In this document: positions 49,791-61,713 of the stretch, in pieces
Layout: every line of letters starts with the position of its first letter
Numbering within the stretch: the first letter of the stretch is position 1
From: Callorhinchus milii
Lineage: Eukaryota
Length of the DNA: 64,000 bases
Direction of reading: 5' to 3'
Assembly: GCF_018977255.1 (NCBI RefSeq)
Contig: NW_024704742.1
Location: 49,292,001 to 49,356,000, forward strand
The notes under the pieces: model-generated
The model's input: only the letters and a program-made list of their open reading frames with translations
The model's database searches: none
Told to the model about the DNA's origin: nothing
Made by a program: the position numbers and the translations under genes

Positions 49791-52700
49791 TACCCTTTCA
49801 TTCCTGGCTAGTGGAACATAGCTAGAAATGTATAAATGGAAACAAATATTTATTTAATAAGGCTGAACAAACCTTCCTCCCCATACAGTGACAAATTGGG
49901 CTGAAAGCAACAGATGTAATAAGCCTCAGGTGCTATTTATTTTGTAGTGAGATGTCTTTGAGAAATGATATAAATAAATAAACAAAAGCCTTCTTCATGC
50001 TTTCCTTTATAAACGCATTTACACACTTGCTTTCATTGCAGTATAACATGAAAACATAAAAAAGGGGAATAGTTTGCATTCTAAATCATAGCTTCCCCTC
50101 TCTGAATTTACCACCAGAAACATTGTTTTATCAAAGCTGGTTGAACCGCACAGACAGCAGCACAATAAATAGTCATCTTTGCATTTGATACAGCGCTTAT
50201 CACTTTATTGAGATATCTCAAACGCTTTGCAGGATATAATGCAACGTGGTGTTACTGTGTTCAATTTGTGGGTGATTGCAACAGCCAATTTGAGATGTCC
50301 TCCAGTCATGATAGTGATTAGCTGAATCAAACACAAAAATCTTAGCATTATAATGATGGTTTCAAATGTTGCCTTACTTACACCTCTCACTGGCTTCTCA
50401 CCTTTCTGACAGGCATTCAATCAAGCCCCTGGATTGATTCAAATTTGACTCGACAGAGGTGCATTTTTTTTTATAATTTTAAAAAAGCTCGGTAAACTAT
50501 TTTAACTGAATATATAAGCTTCCAATCAAACCATATCATCATTTAATCAGTGTTTTCAGTTAAAGTTTACAGCAGCCATTCGGCCCATCATATCCGCGTT
50601 GGTACCAGCTGCCACATGTGAACAATCTAGTCTAATTCTATTCCGTGGCTCTTTCCCCAAACCTTTCATATTCCTTTTTCTCAAATGCCGTAATGTTCCC
50701 AGGTTGAACAGCATTTGGTGTCAATGCACTTAATACTCCAACAACCCTCTGTGTAAAAAAAAACATTTTTCAAACGCATTCGCCGTTACAATTTTTCTTT
50801 GCATAATTCACTTAAAAGTAATGTACCGTATTGTGAATTCACGTCGCTCTGGTTACCACATGAGTAAATCGCTCCTTTTTATCTGACTTGCACACCTCTC
50901 CACAGGGCCTTTGAGCCCGGTCAGTCAAGGTGAAAGCTGATCTGCTGTGGGATGAAAAATACATTTCCAGAAATCAGTTTAANTTTTTCGGAGGGGGAAG
51001 TTGCGATATTGCTCGTAAACTCTCTCCTGTCGCTGGATAAAGGCAGATTTAGGGATCTAAATACCCACACAGTTCCCACGAGCCAATATGGCGCAGATAT
51101 AAAACTGTGCTTCTATCCACCCTCCCTTGACCACGGGAACTTCCTGCCTCTATTCATCTGCCTCACCCCTCGCTATCTATCTTTAAATCCCAGTTTAAAA
51201 ATCTACATTTTCAACCTCCCGCTTCTACCATGTTCGTCGCCCTGCCCCGCCACTTTGAATCGCTCCGAGACATTAATATTCTATGTAAAGGGTGCAATGT
51301 AAATGGAAGTTGTTTTTATTCTCGAAGCTGAATACACTAGCAATTGATCAAGTGGCTCTGTTAGTACAGTAACTCTAATAAATGACTTGCACAAAGCAAA
51401 ACAGAGCAAGAGGCTCCCTCCTCCTGCCTAGTTACATATTTTATAAACTGAGAACAATACAATACAATACAAAATTACATTTGTTTAGCGCCTTTCACGT
51501 CAGGAGAATGGCCCAAGGCGCTGGACCGTCAGGGATTTGGACCCGAGCTCGGGGTTGGCATCAACTACAAAAACAATCCTCAAAAACTTCCACAGCACGG
51601 TTTTAATCTGTCAAAGGCTCAGAACTCGCAGTTACCCTTTGTCGGACGTAATTCTACCAATAAAGTTAAATGTTATCGTGTAATAATGGTTTGCCTGTAT
51701 TTATTAATTAGGGACAACGCTTAAACTCTTACCAGCCTGACCACGTGCACAGAGAGGGAAAAATGGCTGCTCCTTATACAGGTCACACCCCTTTTTCCCA
51801 AAGTGCTTTTATTTTTAAAGGTGAGATCAAGAAACAATCTCACCACTGCAGTCTGCATAAGGGAAACCTGAGCATCTAAATTTGGGACAGCAAACATACT
51901 GCTTTGGGACGTCCTCCCAATGTGAAAGACTCTAAATAAATGCAAATTTCTGTTGTATCTTTCTTTCCAAATAATGCACACTTAGCGATCATGAGAAAGG
52001 AGATAACGGAAAGCGGCATCATTCCACTTTTTGACTTTCACCCAAATCAGCCAATTTCAATCGCCATGATGTTACTATTAGAGCAATATGTTCATCTGTC
52101 TTTGAGGATTTGTACAAGGAAGGCGTTTACAAAGTCCTGTTATTCCCTTTTTTTTACACAGTGCACTGACCAACAACTGAAATGTGTGGAAGAATGATGA
52201 TTACCTGCGTTTAGAAACACTGAACAATAATAATAATCCCTGCTTTTGATGTAGCGGGTTATCATGCCTCCGAGATGTCTCAAAACGTCTCACTGCATAT
52301 AGTTAATTGTATTCAGTACAAGTGTTTAACTGTATTTAGACGTCTAGAGGATCGGTGTGAATGTTATCTTTTTCATGGCAGATAATGATCCGTCGCCATG
52401 TTCGGTGTGACATCTTCCGTAACATGGATGGAGTGACGAGGAAGTTACTGGTATCAGATATTGTTATACTCGACTCATCTGCAACAGAAAATAAAAATTA
52501 ATTGCAAGAAAAAATAGGATAACAGGACTTTGCTGTAGCTGAAAATGCTGTGTCAAACGCAAGATGTATTGTTAAGCTATTGTGCACCATGGAATGAATA
52601 TTTGTACGCACTTACCCCTAAACCTCGCAGTACTGTGCTGAAATAGATACTTCTCTGATTTATAATCAAGGAACGTAAATTGCCCTGCAGCTGGCAAATG

Positions 52701-53039
52701 GTCTGCATCAAATCCAATAGTTTTCTGTGTATATTGTGAGCAAACAAAAAGAATGCAACTGCTCAGTCAGTGAAAATTCAACAATACTAGCAACAAAACA
52801 AAGAGAGGAGAGCAGTCACTCTTATTTTTTCAAGAGATTGCTAGAGCTCAGTATAGAAAGGTTAAAGTGAATAGGACTGAGAGCAGCACCATTCCTTCAA
52901 AGAAACCAGCAGGTGCAATGAAAATTTTGAAACAAGTGAACTGATGCTTGAAGCTGCAGTCAGAGTGGCATGTGAGACTCAAGAGGAGAGAGAAGCTGGA
53001 ACAATATTCCTGTACTTTGTCTCCCTGCTCCATTACTCC

Positions 53040-54306
53040 ATTACCAAAGCTCTGTACTCCCATCACACCAGTCCTTGCCAGGCATCACTGACTCCCTAAT
53101 TACCGAACGGATCGATTTCAAGATCCTCTCTCAGTTTCAAGTCTCTTCATTCACTTGCACGTCCCTACCTATCCGACTTCCTTACCTCCCACTCCATCAT
53201 GGGCTGCATCCCCTTGGCTGACTCCAGCCTTCTGTTTGTCCCTCATGGCCTCTGGTCCACCATTGGTGGCCGTGCCTTCAGCCACTACAAAACAACAACA
53301 ACAGCAAAATTGCATTAGTATAGCACATTTTATGTCAGGAGGATGTCCCAAGGCTCTGGACAGACAGTCTCGGACCCGAGCTGGGGATCAGGGTTGGGGA
53401 AGGTGGAGGGCAGGGGGGGAAGGAGGATGATCCAATGCACAGTCGAACAGTAGGGATTTGAGATGGGTCTTGAAGGGGGCAAGGGAAGGGGCGAGGCAGA
53501 GGGACTGCAGGATGGAGTTCCAGAGGGTGGGGGCAGAGTGGCAGAAGGCCCACCCATCAATAGTGGGGCGAGCAAGTCAGGGGACGTGAAGCAGGCCGGA
53601 GAGCACTGAGTGGAGGGAGAAAGCAAGATGGTAGGGGGTTAGAAGGTCGCAGAGGTAGAGGGGAGCAAGACCATGGAAGGCTTTGAAGGTGAGGACCAGG
53701 ATCTTGAACTGTATCCTCTGTGTGATGGGAAGCCAGTGGGGTTGGGCGAGGATGGGAGTGGTAGGGTCACGGAGGCTGGTGCAGGAGAGGACACAGGCTG
53801 CAGAGTTCTGGATGATCTGCAGCCTGTGGAGGGAGGAATTGGGGAGGCCGATAAGCAGGGAGTTTGCATAGTCGAGTCTCGATGTAATGAAAGCATGCAT
53901 GAGGGTTTCGGCGCCCAACTATGTGAGACAGTGGCGAAACCAGGCAATGTTGCGGAGGTGGAGGAAGGCAGAGCAAGTCATGGTGCAGATGTGGGGTAGA
54001 AAGGATAATTGAGGGTCAAACAAGACGTGAAGGTTCTGGACTGGCTTAGCGAGGTGGAGTGAGCAACCATGGATGGTTGCACACTCCACCTTGCTCACAA
54101 TATACATCCCGAGACTCTGGAACTCCCTTCCTTAATCCTTCTGCATTGCCCCCTCCTCACCTCCTAATCCCACCTAAGACCTTCCTTTTTGATCATGCTT
54201 ACGGTCACCTCCCCTTCCCCTCTCTCCCTGGCTCGTTGTCAGACTACGCCATTGAGAAGCGCTCCGGGACGCTACCCCGTGCTATGTCAATGCAAGTCGT
54301 TGTTGT
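53040..54306 (+). mobile_element. Older L2 3' fragment split by the inverted L2 (53040-53287 and ~54105-54306)
   Basis: CCGTGCCTTCAGCCACTA continues as CCCGAGACTCTGGAACTCC, the same order as in the intact copy at 4881-4920. Confidence 0.8.
53288..54085 (-). mobile_element. L2-clade LINE 3' fragment inserted in an older L2
   Basis: HAFITSRLDYANSLL...HWLPITQRIQFKILVLTFKAFHGLAP, then (TTG)n tail. Confidence 0.92.
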
Positions 54307-54589
54307 ATTACTCTGTAAAATACGCATTAACACTTAACATTTGAAGCTCAACATTTGATTTAGAATGCAAATCATAATTTTCTTTCAAATGAACTGTGAG
54401 AAGAAATGTATACAGTTGTGTTCTCTGATGGGAAATGCACCTGTGTTCAGTTAATTGATGTGAACTACTCAGCTATGGAAGAATGGGGAAGATGCTAATT
54501 ATGGCCTCGAATCCTCTGGACTAGGGAGAGGAAAAATCAGGCAGGCTTCCATTTTTGATTGTGTCCAAGAATAAAGTTGAAACTTTTTC

Positions 54590-54990
54590 AAGTTTGCATG
54601 GAAAGTTATTTTAATTGAGAGGTGTCACAGAACACCTGGGAGGATATATTTTTGTGCGGATATTTCCATGCATATGTGGAACTCTCGGCAGTCTGTTTGG
54701 ATACCCTTAAAGTGTTGTGGTTATGACCCAAAATGAGAGAGCATAAATATAAGATAGGCTGTTAATAGATCTAATAGGGATTTCACAAGAACTTCTTCAA
54801 CCAGAGCAATGGTGAGAATGCGGAACTCACTGGTTGAAGCAGAAGGCACCAATGTGTTTAAAAGATGTAGACATGAGGGAGAAGGAAATAGAGGGGTATA
54901 GGAGAGGGGAATAGGAGGGATGGGGGATCGTGTGGAGTATAAACGGCAGCAAGGTCTAGTCAGGCTGAATGGCCATATGTGACTCTATGT
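54590..54990 (+). mobile_element. CR1-clade LINE 3' fragment
   Basis: AAATGAGAGAGCATAAATATAAG...AACTTCTTCAACCAGAG..GGTGAGAATGCGGAACTC...GGCTGAATGGCC. Confidence 0.75.
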
Positions 54991-55488
54991 ATCTCAACTG
55001 TCAGACCTGGACAGTGGCCATGTGGGAAGGGAAGACCAATTGACTTGGCTATGGAGCCCACATGTTGAAATGCACTGCCAACATTCACTACCAAGGCTCA
55101 CGTATAAAGAATGGTCAATTGAGTGAAGTACTGGAGAACGGCTACTGCCATATCCCAGTATGCGCTTTGGAGACAGTTGTTAAGGGCTTTGTATTGAGAA
55201 TTAAATATTGGCAATTAAGACTTGTCTGACTAAGAATTTTCAATGAGATATGGAAAAACATCAGCTTCCATTGTCTGTCTACACTGAAGGGGAGACACAT
55301 AATATCACTCAGTCAAGTACCTCGTTGTGATCCATTTGACTGAATCCACTTATGTATCTCTTCCTATGCTAAAACATGTCTGCCTTCTGGGTCATAAAGT
55401 CACTGCTAAAATCACTTTCTGCACATTACAGCCATGAGTGGTGCATTCAGGAAATGTTGTTGATGTAATATCTGGGCATGCAAGCAGG

Positions 55489-55532
<44 letters not shown>

Positions 55533-55833
55533 CCTTGCATTTGATATAGCGCCTTATCACGTCTTCTAGACGTCTCAAAGCGCTTCACAGAATATACTGT
55601 AAAGTGAATTAACTGTATACTTTGTGGGCGAAACGCGGCAGCCAATTGTGCACAGCAATGTCCCACAAACAGTCGTGGATTGAAGTGACCAATTTATTAT
55701 TGTTTTTTTTCTTGAGGGTTATTATTAGGCGTGTGGAGTAAGCAAACTTGGCCGAGGTTTCGCCCTGCCGAGAACTGAACCCAGGTCTCTCATTTGAGAG
55801 GCAAGTGCTGTAACCACTGAGCTACAGGACTCC
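55489..55833 (-). mobile_element. tRNA-SINE, full length, young (long TTA tail)
   Basis: Reverse-complement head to a long (AAT)n tail. Confidence 0.94.
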
Positions 55834-58014
55834 ACAATTGCTCTCAGACACATGTTAAGCATTTCTCACACAAGGCAAAAAGGTTTCGAGATATGAAATG
55901 TAATTAAAAGAGAAAAAAAATGTTTTAAATAAACAAAATCAATTTTGCAGTTTGCTGTCTGCATATTCTTTCAAGCCCAACTTTTTTTATATACCCAACA
56001 AAACCCAAAAATACTGTATTAAAAATGTTTAACGAATCTAGAACATGTTATTTTATGTTATTTTATGTTATTTTATGTTAGGATGTTACTTCACTGGCAT
56101 CCTGATAACCCAGATACAGGGTAGGTGATCAATTTGTTCACTGACACGTTTCACACACTGTCTGAAATGGTGTGTTATAATGGGGTTGCCCTGTATTACA
56201 CAGTGATTTCAGTTGTTTTTCAAACCTCCTCCCCTAATTCGAGTGCCCAGCCAGTTGTGTAAAGTGCTTTGAGACATCCTCCTAATGTGAAAGGTGCTAT
56301 TTAAATTGTATTGTATTATAATCTGATGTTTCTACTGGTGCAAGCATTAATCTATTGGCGGAAGATTATTCTTGATTTGGGGAGTTTAACTTTTTGGTTG
56401 GATTAATGACCAATGTGCAAAATTTGAAAATTAGGTTAATGATGCTTTAACCCAGGTGTACAGAGGGAATTATCAGTGTCGTTTGTAATATTATATATTT
56501 AACTACCAATGAAAAGGATACAGGTGATTCTCCTAACCTTTACATTGGATCTTATCAGCAAACTTAAAGGCAATTGCATACACTTACACATAATTAATCC
56601 AACCTGCAAATTTGTTCTTCAGTGCGCGAGGGAATAATAGGCAGAAATGTATTAAAATCAGTGAAATTTGCTCCTACATTCATTATGGAGCCTTGGAAGA
56701 TTTCAAAGTGTTTATTTTACAAATTAAAGCAAAATTGTGTGAGATTTCCTAGATCTGTAAATAGTTCCATAGAACCATACAATGCTCCGGTACAATGTTT
56801 CCATGTTTCACAAAGTTTGCAGCATGTTAGTTAAGTGTCCATCTTCTCTCTCTTTCAACCTTTTATTTCTCTCTATTTTATGTATTCTGCTATAATTATT
56901 GCTTCACAGAATCAGGTTATTAAATAGTAAGGAATATTTTCTGCATAAACTATAGGCATCCTGTTATAGTACAGTTTAAAATTTCTAATGAATGAGAACT
57001 GCTCACAAAACCTACAGTAAATCTTATGAAGCACTTTGAGGCGTACTCCTGAGGTGAAGGGCGCTATATCAAATGCATGGATTATTATTTTTTAAAATAA
57101 CTTGCAATAAACAACATGACAAACTCCATATGCATCCAATGAGGAAATAAGAACGTAAGAGTTTAAAGGTATAATTAAACTAATAGATATAATTACACTC
57201 CTAGCTCAGCTTGGACCACCTACCCATTAGGGCACAACTCGATGTATGTGTAGGATGGACTGTGTATCACGAGCCTTGTTGTATCAACCAGTCTAATTAG
57301 ACTAGATGATGTGAGAGAGCTAAGTGAGGGCCCTTTTCTCAATGAGTCAATTTTTAAAATAATCTGATTCTTGAAAAAAATTAGAATAATAACCAACATC
57401 ATTATACAGTCTAAAACCCTCCAATGGGCCTTCCATCAAATAGCATTAGTCAACTTGCATCTCACACATCACTTAGCTTAGTTACATTTCTGTCACCTAA
57501 CGTAACTGCAGGCTGTCTTTGCTTTGTCAATTGTTCCATCACACAACAGTTTCTTGCACAAGAAACATGCCTTTGTTAGGAAGATTGGAGGTCAAGGGGA
57601 AATTAAGACCTGCTTAAAATATTCCACCAAGTGACTAGCAACCATTACCACTGTGGCCAAAACAACAAATGAAAAGCAGCATCTCCACACAGCAGAACAA
57701 TGCCATCTATGAAAAACCAATGTGTTAAAATAGACACATATCCCACCTGCCACCGAGCCTGCTTATTTTTAATATTGTTATGTAGATAAGTGTCCATTTT
57801 ATCTTGATGTCCTTAAGGTCTTTTGCATCATTGGGGATGAAAAATGCAATGTTTCATAGATTTCATGTGATAATCATCATACTAACTCCACTAAGAAACA
57901 TTTAAATTTCAGTTAATAATTATTGACCGGATGGGAGGGACTGATCTTTAACGTCCGCCTAAACAAGCATATGGAATCTTGGTGACGTTCCCTATTTATG
58001 TGATAAGTAGTACA

Positions 58015-58435
58015 TAATAATGAAATACTTGTATGTCAAAACATCTCAAAGCAATATTTTTTGTAAACTGTAATGACTTTAAAATTGTAGGTCAACCTGG
58101 CAGCCAATTTACACGCACAATGTCCCAAAAATTGCCATGAAGTGAATGACCAAATTTGTATCTGGGGGATTATGGCTAGGACAATGTGAAAAACTCCCTC
58201 TCTTTTCAAATAGTATAATGTGATCTTTAATATCTATCTGAACAGGCACACGACTCATTAAAATGATTGATATTATTATCTTAGCCAAAGGATAGCACCG
58301 TCAAGAATGCTGCACTCCTTCAGCATTGCATTGGAGCATCAGTTTAGATTATGAGCTCAAAGTCCCAATGTGAGACTTGAATGTATATCCTTCTAACTCC
58401 GAGGCAGGAAGATGAGAGTGCTAACAACTCAGCTA
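58015..58435 (-). mobile_element. Deu-domain SINE, old full-length copy
   Basis: Degenerate reverse-complement head (GTGCTAACAACTCAGCTA), core and tail. Confidence 0.65.
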
Positions 58436-59929
58436 GTTGTCTAAATTGTGATGATTCAGAAAGATATGAGTCGCAAATGGGGGACTTCTTCCAGCAACTG
58501 GATATATGTCACTCTGACTTGCTTTATAATGTGATTTTGTGTTATATTTAAAGTTAGTGGAAAGAGTTCTCATTTGCGACTCAAAGGCCTCTCAAATTTC
58601 ACTGCATCTTTACCTTGAGACCAATTTGTCTTAAAATTTAGGATCGCATGGAGTTGTGGAATTTTAAAAAAAAAACAGTCTTGGAAGCTGGTTTTCCACA
58701 GTTCTTAAAAATAACTGGTTTCCCAATTAAGACTTAATTGAAGAATTATACACAATTCTGTGCAATCTTAAATTTTAAAGCAAAATGGTCTTATAGGCTG
58801 AAACTAGATTGAATTTCAAACCTCTGAGTCACTATCAAAGAATCCTGTTAGTATTGGCTGCAATTTAAACCCCATAGTATATGTGCTATCTATCTCTTGG
58901 TGGTGGTGCTTTCAATCAGTGCTTAGTGCTTCCCTCCCCTCACCCTGACCATTTCCCCAATGCTCGGGTCCTGACCCAACTGTACAGCGCCTTGGGACGT
59001 CCTCCCGACGTGAAAGGTGCTCTATTAATTGAATCTTGTTGTTGTTGTTGTTCAATTTTCTTGAAATCCTTGACTGCAATTGTTTGTTGTTCTGCAGTCA
59101 ATGCCCAAATATAATCTGAAAAATCGTGATGTTTCCTTTCAACAGAAAAGAGGCTATCTAATAGAGATTTTCAAAAGGGATGTAAGCTTAGCTCATAGAA
59201 GAGGTAAAGGGTAGTTCAAAGTTTTTTTTTCTTAGAGAATAATTAGAACATGGTCTGTTTGGAACAAGTACTGTTGTATTAATATCACACCGACAAACAT
59301 ATAAAAAATATATAATGAACATTGCTCTGAAGAAATTGGCTATTATGTTTGCCTACAATTTTACGCTTCACCGTAAACTCCATGAAGTGCTTTGAAACAT
59401 TTACTTAATGTGAAAAGCACTTTATCAAATGCAAGGATTATTATTCTTATTAAGTGTATGGGGAAAGAGTAAGACTTTAGAAGTAAAGCAGATCGGTCCA
59501 ATGGATAAGCTCACAACAGTGTCGGCTCAATGGCCTGAATGGCCTATTTCTAAGATATAATTTCAATGATTCTAATCAGCATTCTAATCTTATCACAAAC
59601 CAGTTTATTTATTCGCAAATAATGCCTGGAACTCAGGGATAATTTTAATCTTGAATGAATATAGGCAGTTAATGCAGCAGAGAAAATATGCAGTCCATCC
59701 ACTTTACAGTAGTCTGTGAAGTGCTTTGAGACATCGCGAAGGGGTGATCAAGAGCTGTAACAAATGCAAAGATTCTTATTCTTATTATTTATCCACTCCA
59801 CTTACCTTTCATATTGCTCACCTCTCTGGGAGGGTCATTAAATAAATGCAAGTTGCTGTTGCTGTTGTGCTTTCTCCCAGTTAGTCAGATAAGGAGTCGC
59901 ACATTTCTTGATATCCAAATGTAAATTCT

Positions 59930-60249
59930 TAACCTGGGTTCGATACCTGGCAGGGTGAAACGTTGGGCAAGTTTCCTTACTTCACACGCCTCTGTTTACC
60001 TAGCAGTAAGTAGGAACCCGGTTGTTAATTGATTGGTGGATCGCTTTTCTGGGGGGAATAATTCCTTAAATTAATAATGAAATTGGTCACTCCATCCAGG
60101 ACTGTTTGTGGACACTGCTGTGCGCAATGGCTGTCGTGTTTCGCCCACAAAATATAAAGTTAATTCACTTTACAGTATATTCTGTGAAGGGCTTTGAGAC
60201 GTCTAAAAGATGTGATAAGGCGCTATATCAAATGCTTGGATTATTATTA
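59930..60249 (+). mobile_element. tRNA-SINE, long-body variant, 5'-truncated
   Basis: B box GGTTCGATACC, body and tail. Confidence 0.88.
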
Positions 60250-61044
60250 CATTTTATTAGCAAGTTACAATATTTAAAGGTAGACCTTTTCTCTTTATTT
60301 ATGGGCATATGACCTGATAATTATCTGCCATTTATTCTGTAATATAGTTACAGTGATGTAGAAAATGGCTTAGTATCTCATAGCAATAATGAATTCAAAT
60401 AAGTTATTAAGTTTCACATCTCTAGATTTGGTTTGATCATTTGCTCCTTCAACATGTTTTGATGGGATGTCATGTCATTTTGATATGTGTCAGATAAGAT
60501 GTATGATCTTAAAACCAAACCTGTAAACAGATTTGCGAGTTAAGACCTTGCTCACATAAAGGCATGCAGATTATTCCAGCCAAGTAGACTGCTTCATTAT
60601 TGCTTCATTCAGGATCATTATTTATTACGAATTTGATAAAGTGGACATTAATAATAATAATAATTCTTGCATTTGATATAGTGCCTTATCACGTCTTCAA
60701 GATGTCTCAAAGTGAGTATACGACTGTTTGTGGGAAACTGCTGTGTGCAAATGGCTGCTGCGTTTCTCCGAGAAAATATACAGTCAATTCACTTTACGGT
60801 ACATTCTGTGAAGCGCTTTGAGACGTCTCGAAGACGTGATAAGGTGCTATATCAAATGCAAGGATTATTATAAGGATTATTATTATTATATAATATGGCT
60901 GTTGTAACAGAGCTGTAACCAGTGTTCTGAAACACTATCCTGCATGAAAGGTGGTGCGGCGGAGGTAAATTTCTGTCTAGAATAGGATATGGGTATTCTC
61001 AGTGGGGAGAGTGGGATCATGCACGAATCACAATCTAGGATGAC

Positions 61045-61372
61045 ATTCCATGCAATGCTGGGGGATGATCTGCATTGTCAAAGGTGTTGTCCTTCAGATG
61101 AGACGCTAGACCAAGGATCCGTTTGCCTATTTAATTGGAAGTTACAAATCCCTTGGCGTTATTCAAAAAAGAAAGATGTTTCTCTTGGTGTCCTGGCAAT
61201 AATAAAATGAGTCATTCACTTACTAGCTATTTGTGGGGATTGTTGTATGGAAATTGGCTGCCGAATTCATCGCAAAATACACAGCCACTAAACTTTAAAG
61301 TATTTCCTGTGAAGAGCTTTGAGACCTCCAACTGACATAAAAGACACAATATCAAATCCAAGGATTATTACT
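61045..61372 (+). mobile_element. Deu-domain SINE
   Basis: CCTTCAGATGAGACGCTAGACCAAGG...GGTGTCCTGGCAAT plus tail. Confidence 0.7.
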
Positions 61373-61388
61373 GTTATGAGACAGAACT

Positions 61389-61713
61389 ATAATAATAATA
61401 ATAATAATAATCCTTGCATTTGATATAGCGCTTTTCACGTCGGGAGGACGTCCCAAAGCGCTTCACAGAACACACTGTAAAGTGAATTGCCTGTATATTT
61501 GTGGGCGAACGCGGCAGCCAATTGCGCACAGCAATGTCCCACAAACAGTCGTGGATTGAAAATGACCAATTTATTATTGTTTTTGTTTTTTGGAGGGATT
61601 ATTATTAGGCGTGTGGAGTAAGGAAACTTGCCCAAGGTTTCGCCCTGTCTGGAATTGAACTCAGGTCTTTCGCTTACAAAGCGAGTGCTCTAACCACTGA
61701 GCTACAGGACTCC
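61389..61713 (-). mobile_element. tRNA-SINE, full length, with LINE-like tail variant
   Basis: Reverse-complement head. The tail CACGTCGGGAGGACGTCCCAA is nearly identical to the L2 3' ends in this window. Confidence 0.93.

Larger units (their letters stand above)
51985..57369 (-). pseudogene. Decayed multi-exon protein-kinase (receptor tyrosine kinase-like) pseudogene, kinase-domain part
   Basis: Exon-like 57369-57224 (ttttcaag|NQIILKID...IRLVDTTRLVIHSPSYTYIELCPNG|gtaggt, phase 2) splices in frame to 52724-52616 (cacag|KLLDLMQT...|gtaagt). 52478-52368 has a strong acceptor and reads VTPSMLRKM..HYL..MKK with frameshifts. 52095-52040 reads MNILL, then stops and a frameshift, then LKLADLG. The subdomain order V, VIa, VIb, VII is preserved. 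Confidence 0.55.

Noticed and set aside
52336..52724. Intact two-exon 3' end of a novel gene (KTIGFDADH...HTDPLDV*)
   Set aside because: This frame is open and spliceable, but it is out of phase with the 57224 donor and loses the kinase motifs. The pseudogene reading explains more, although this alternative is not fully excluded.
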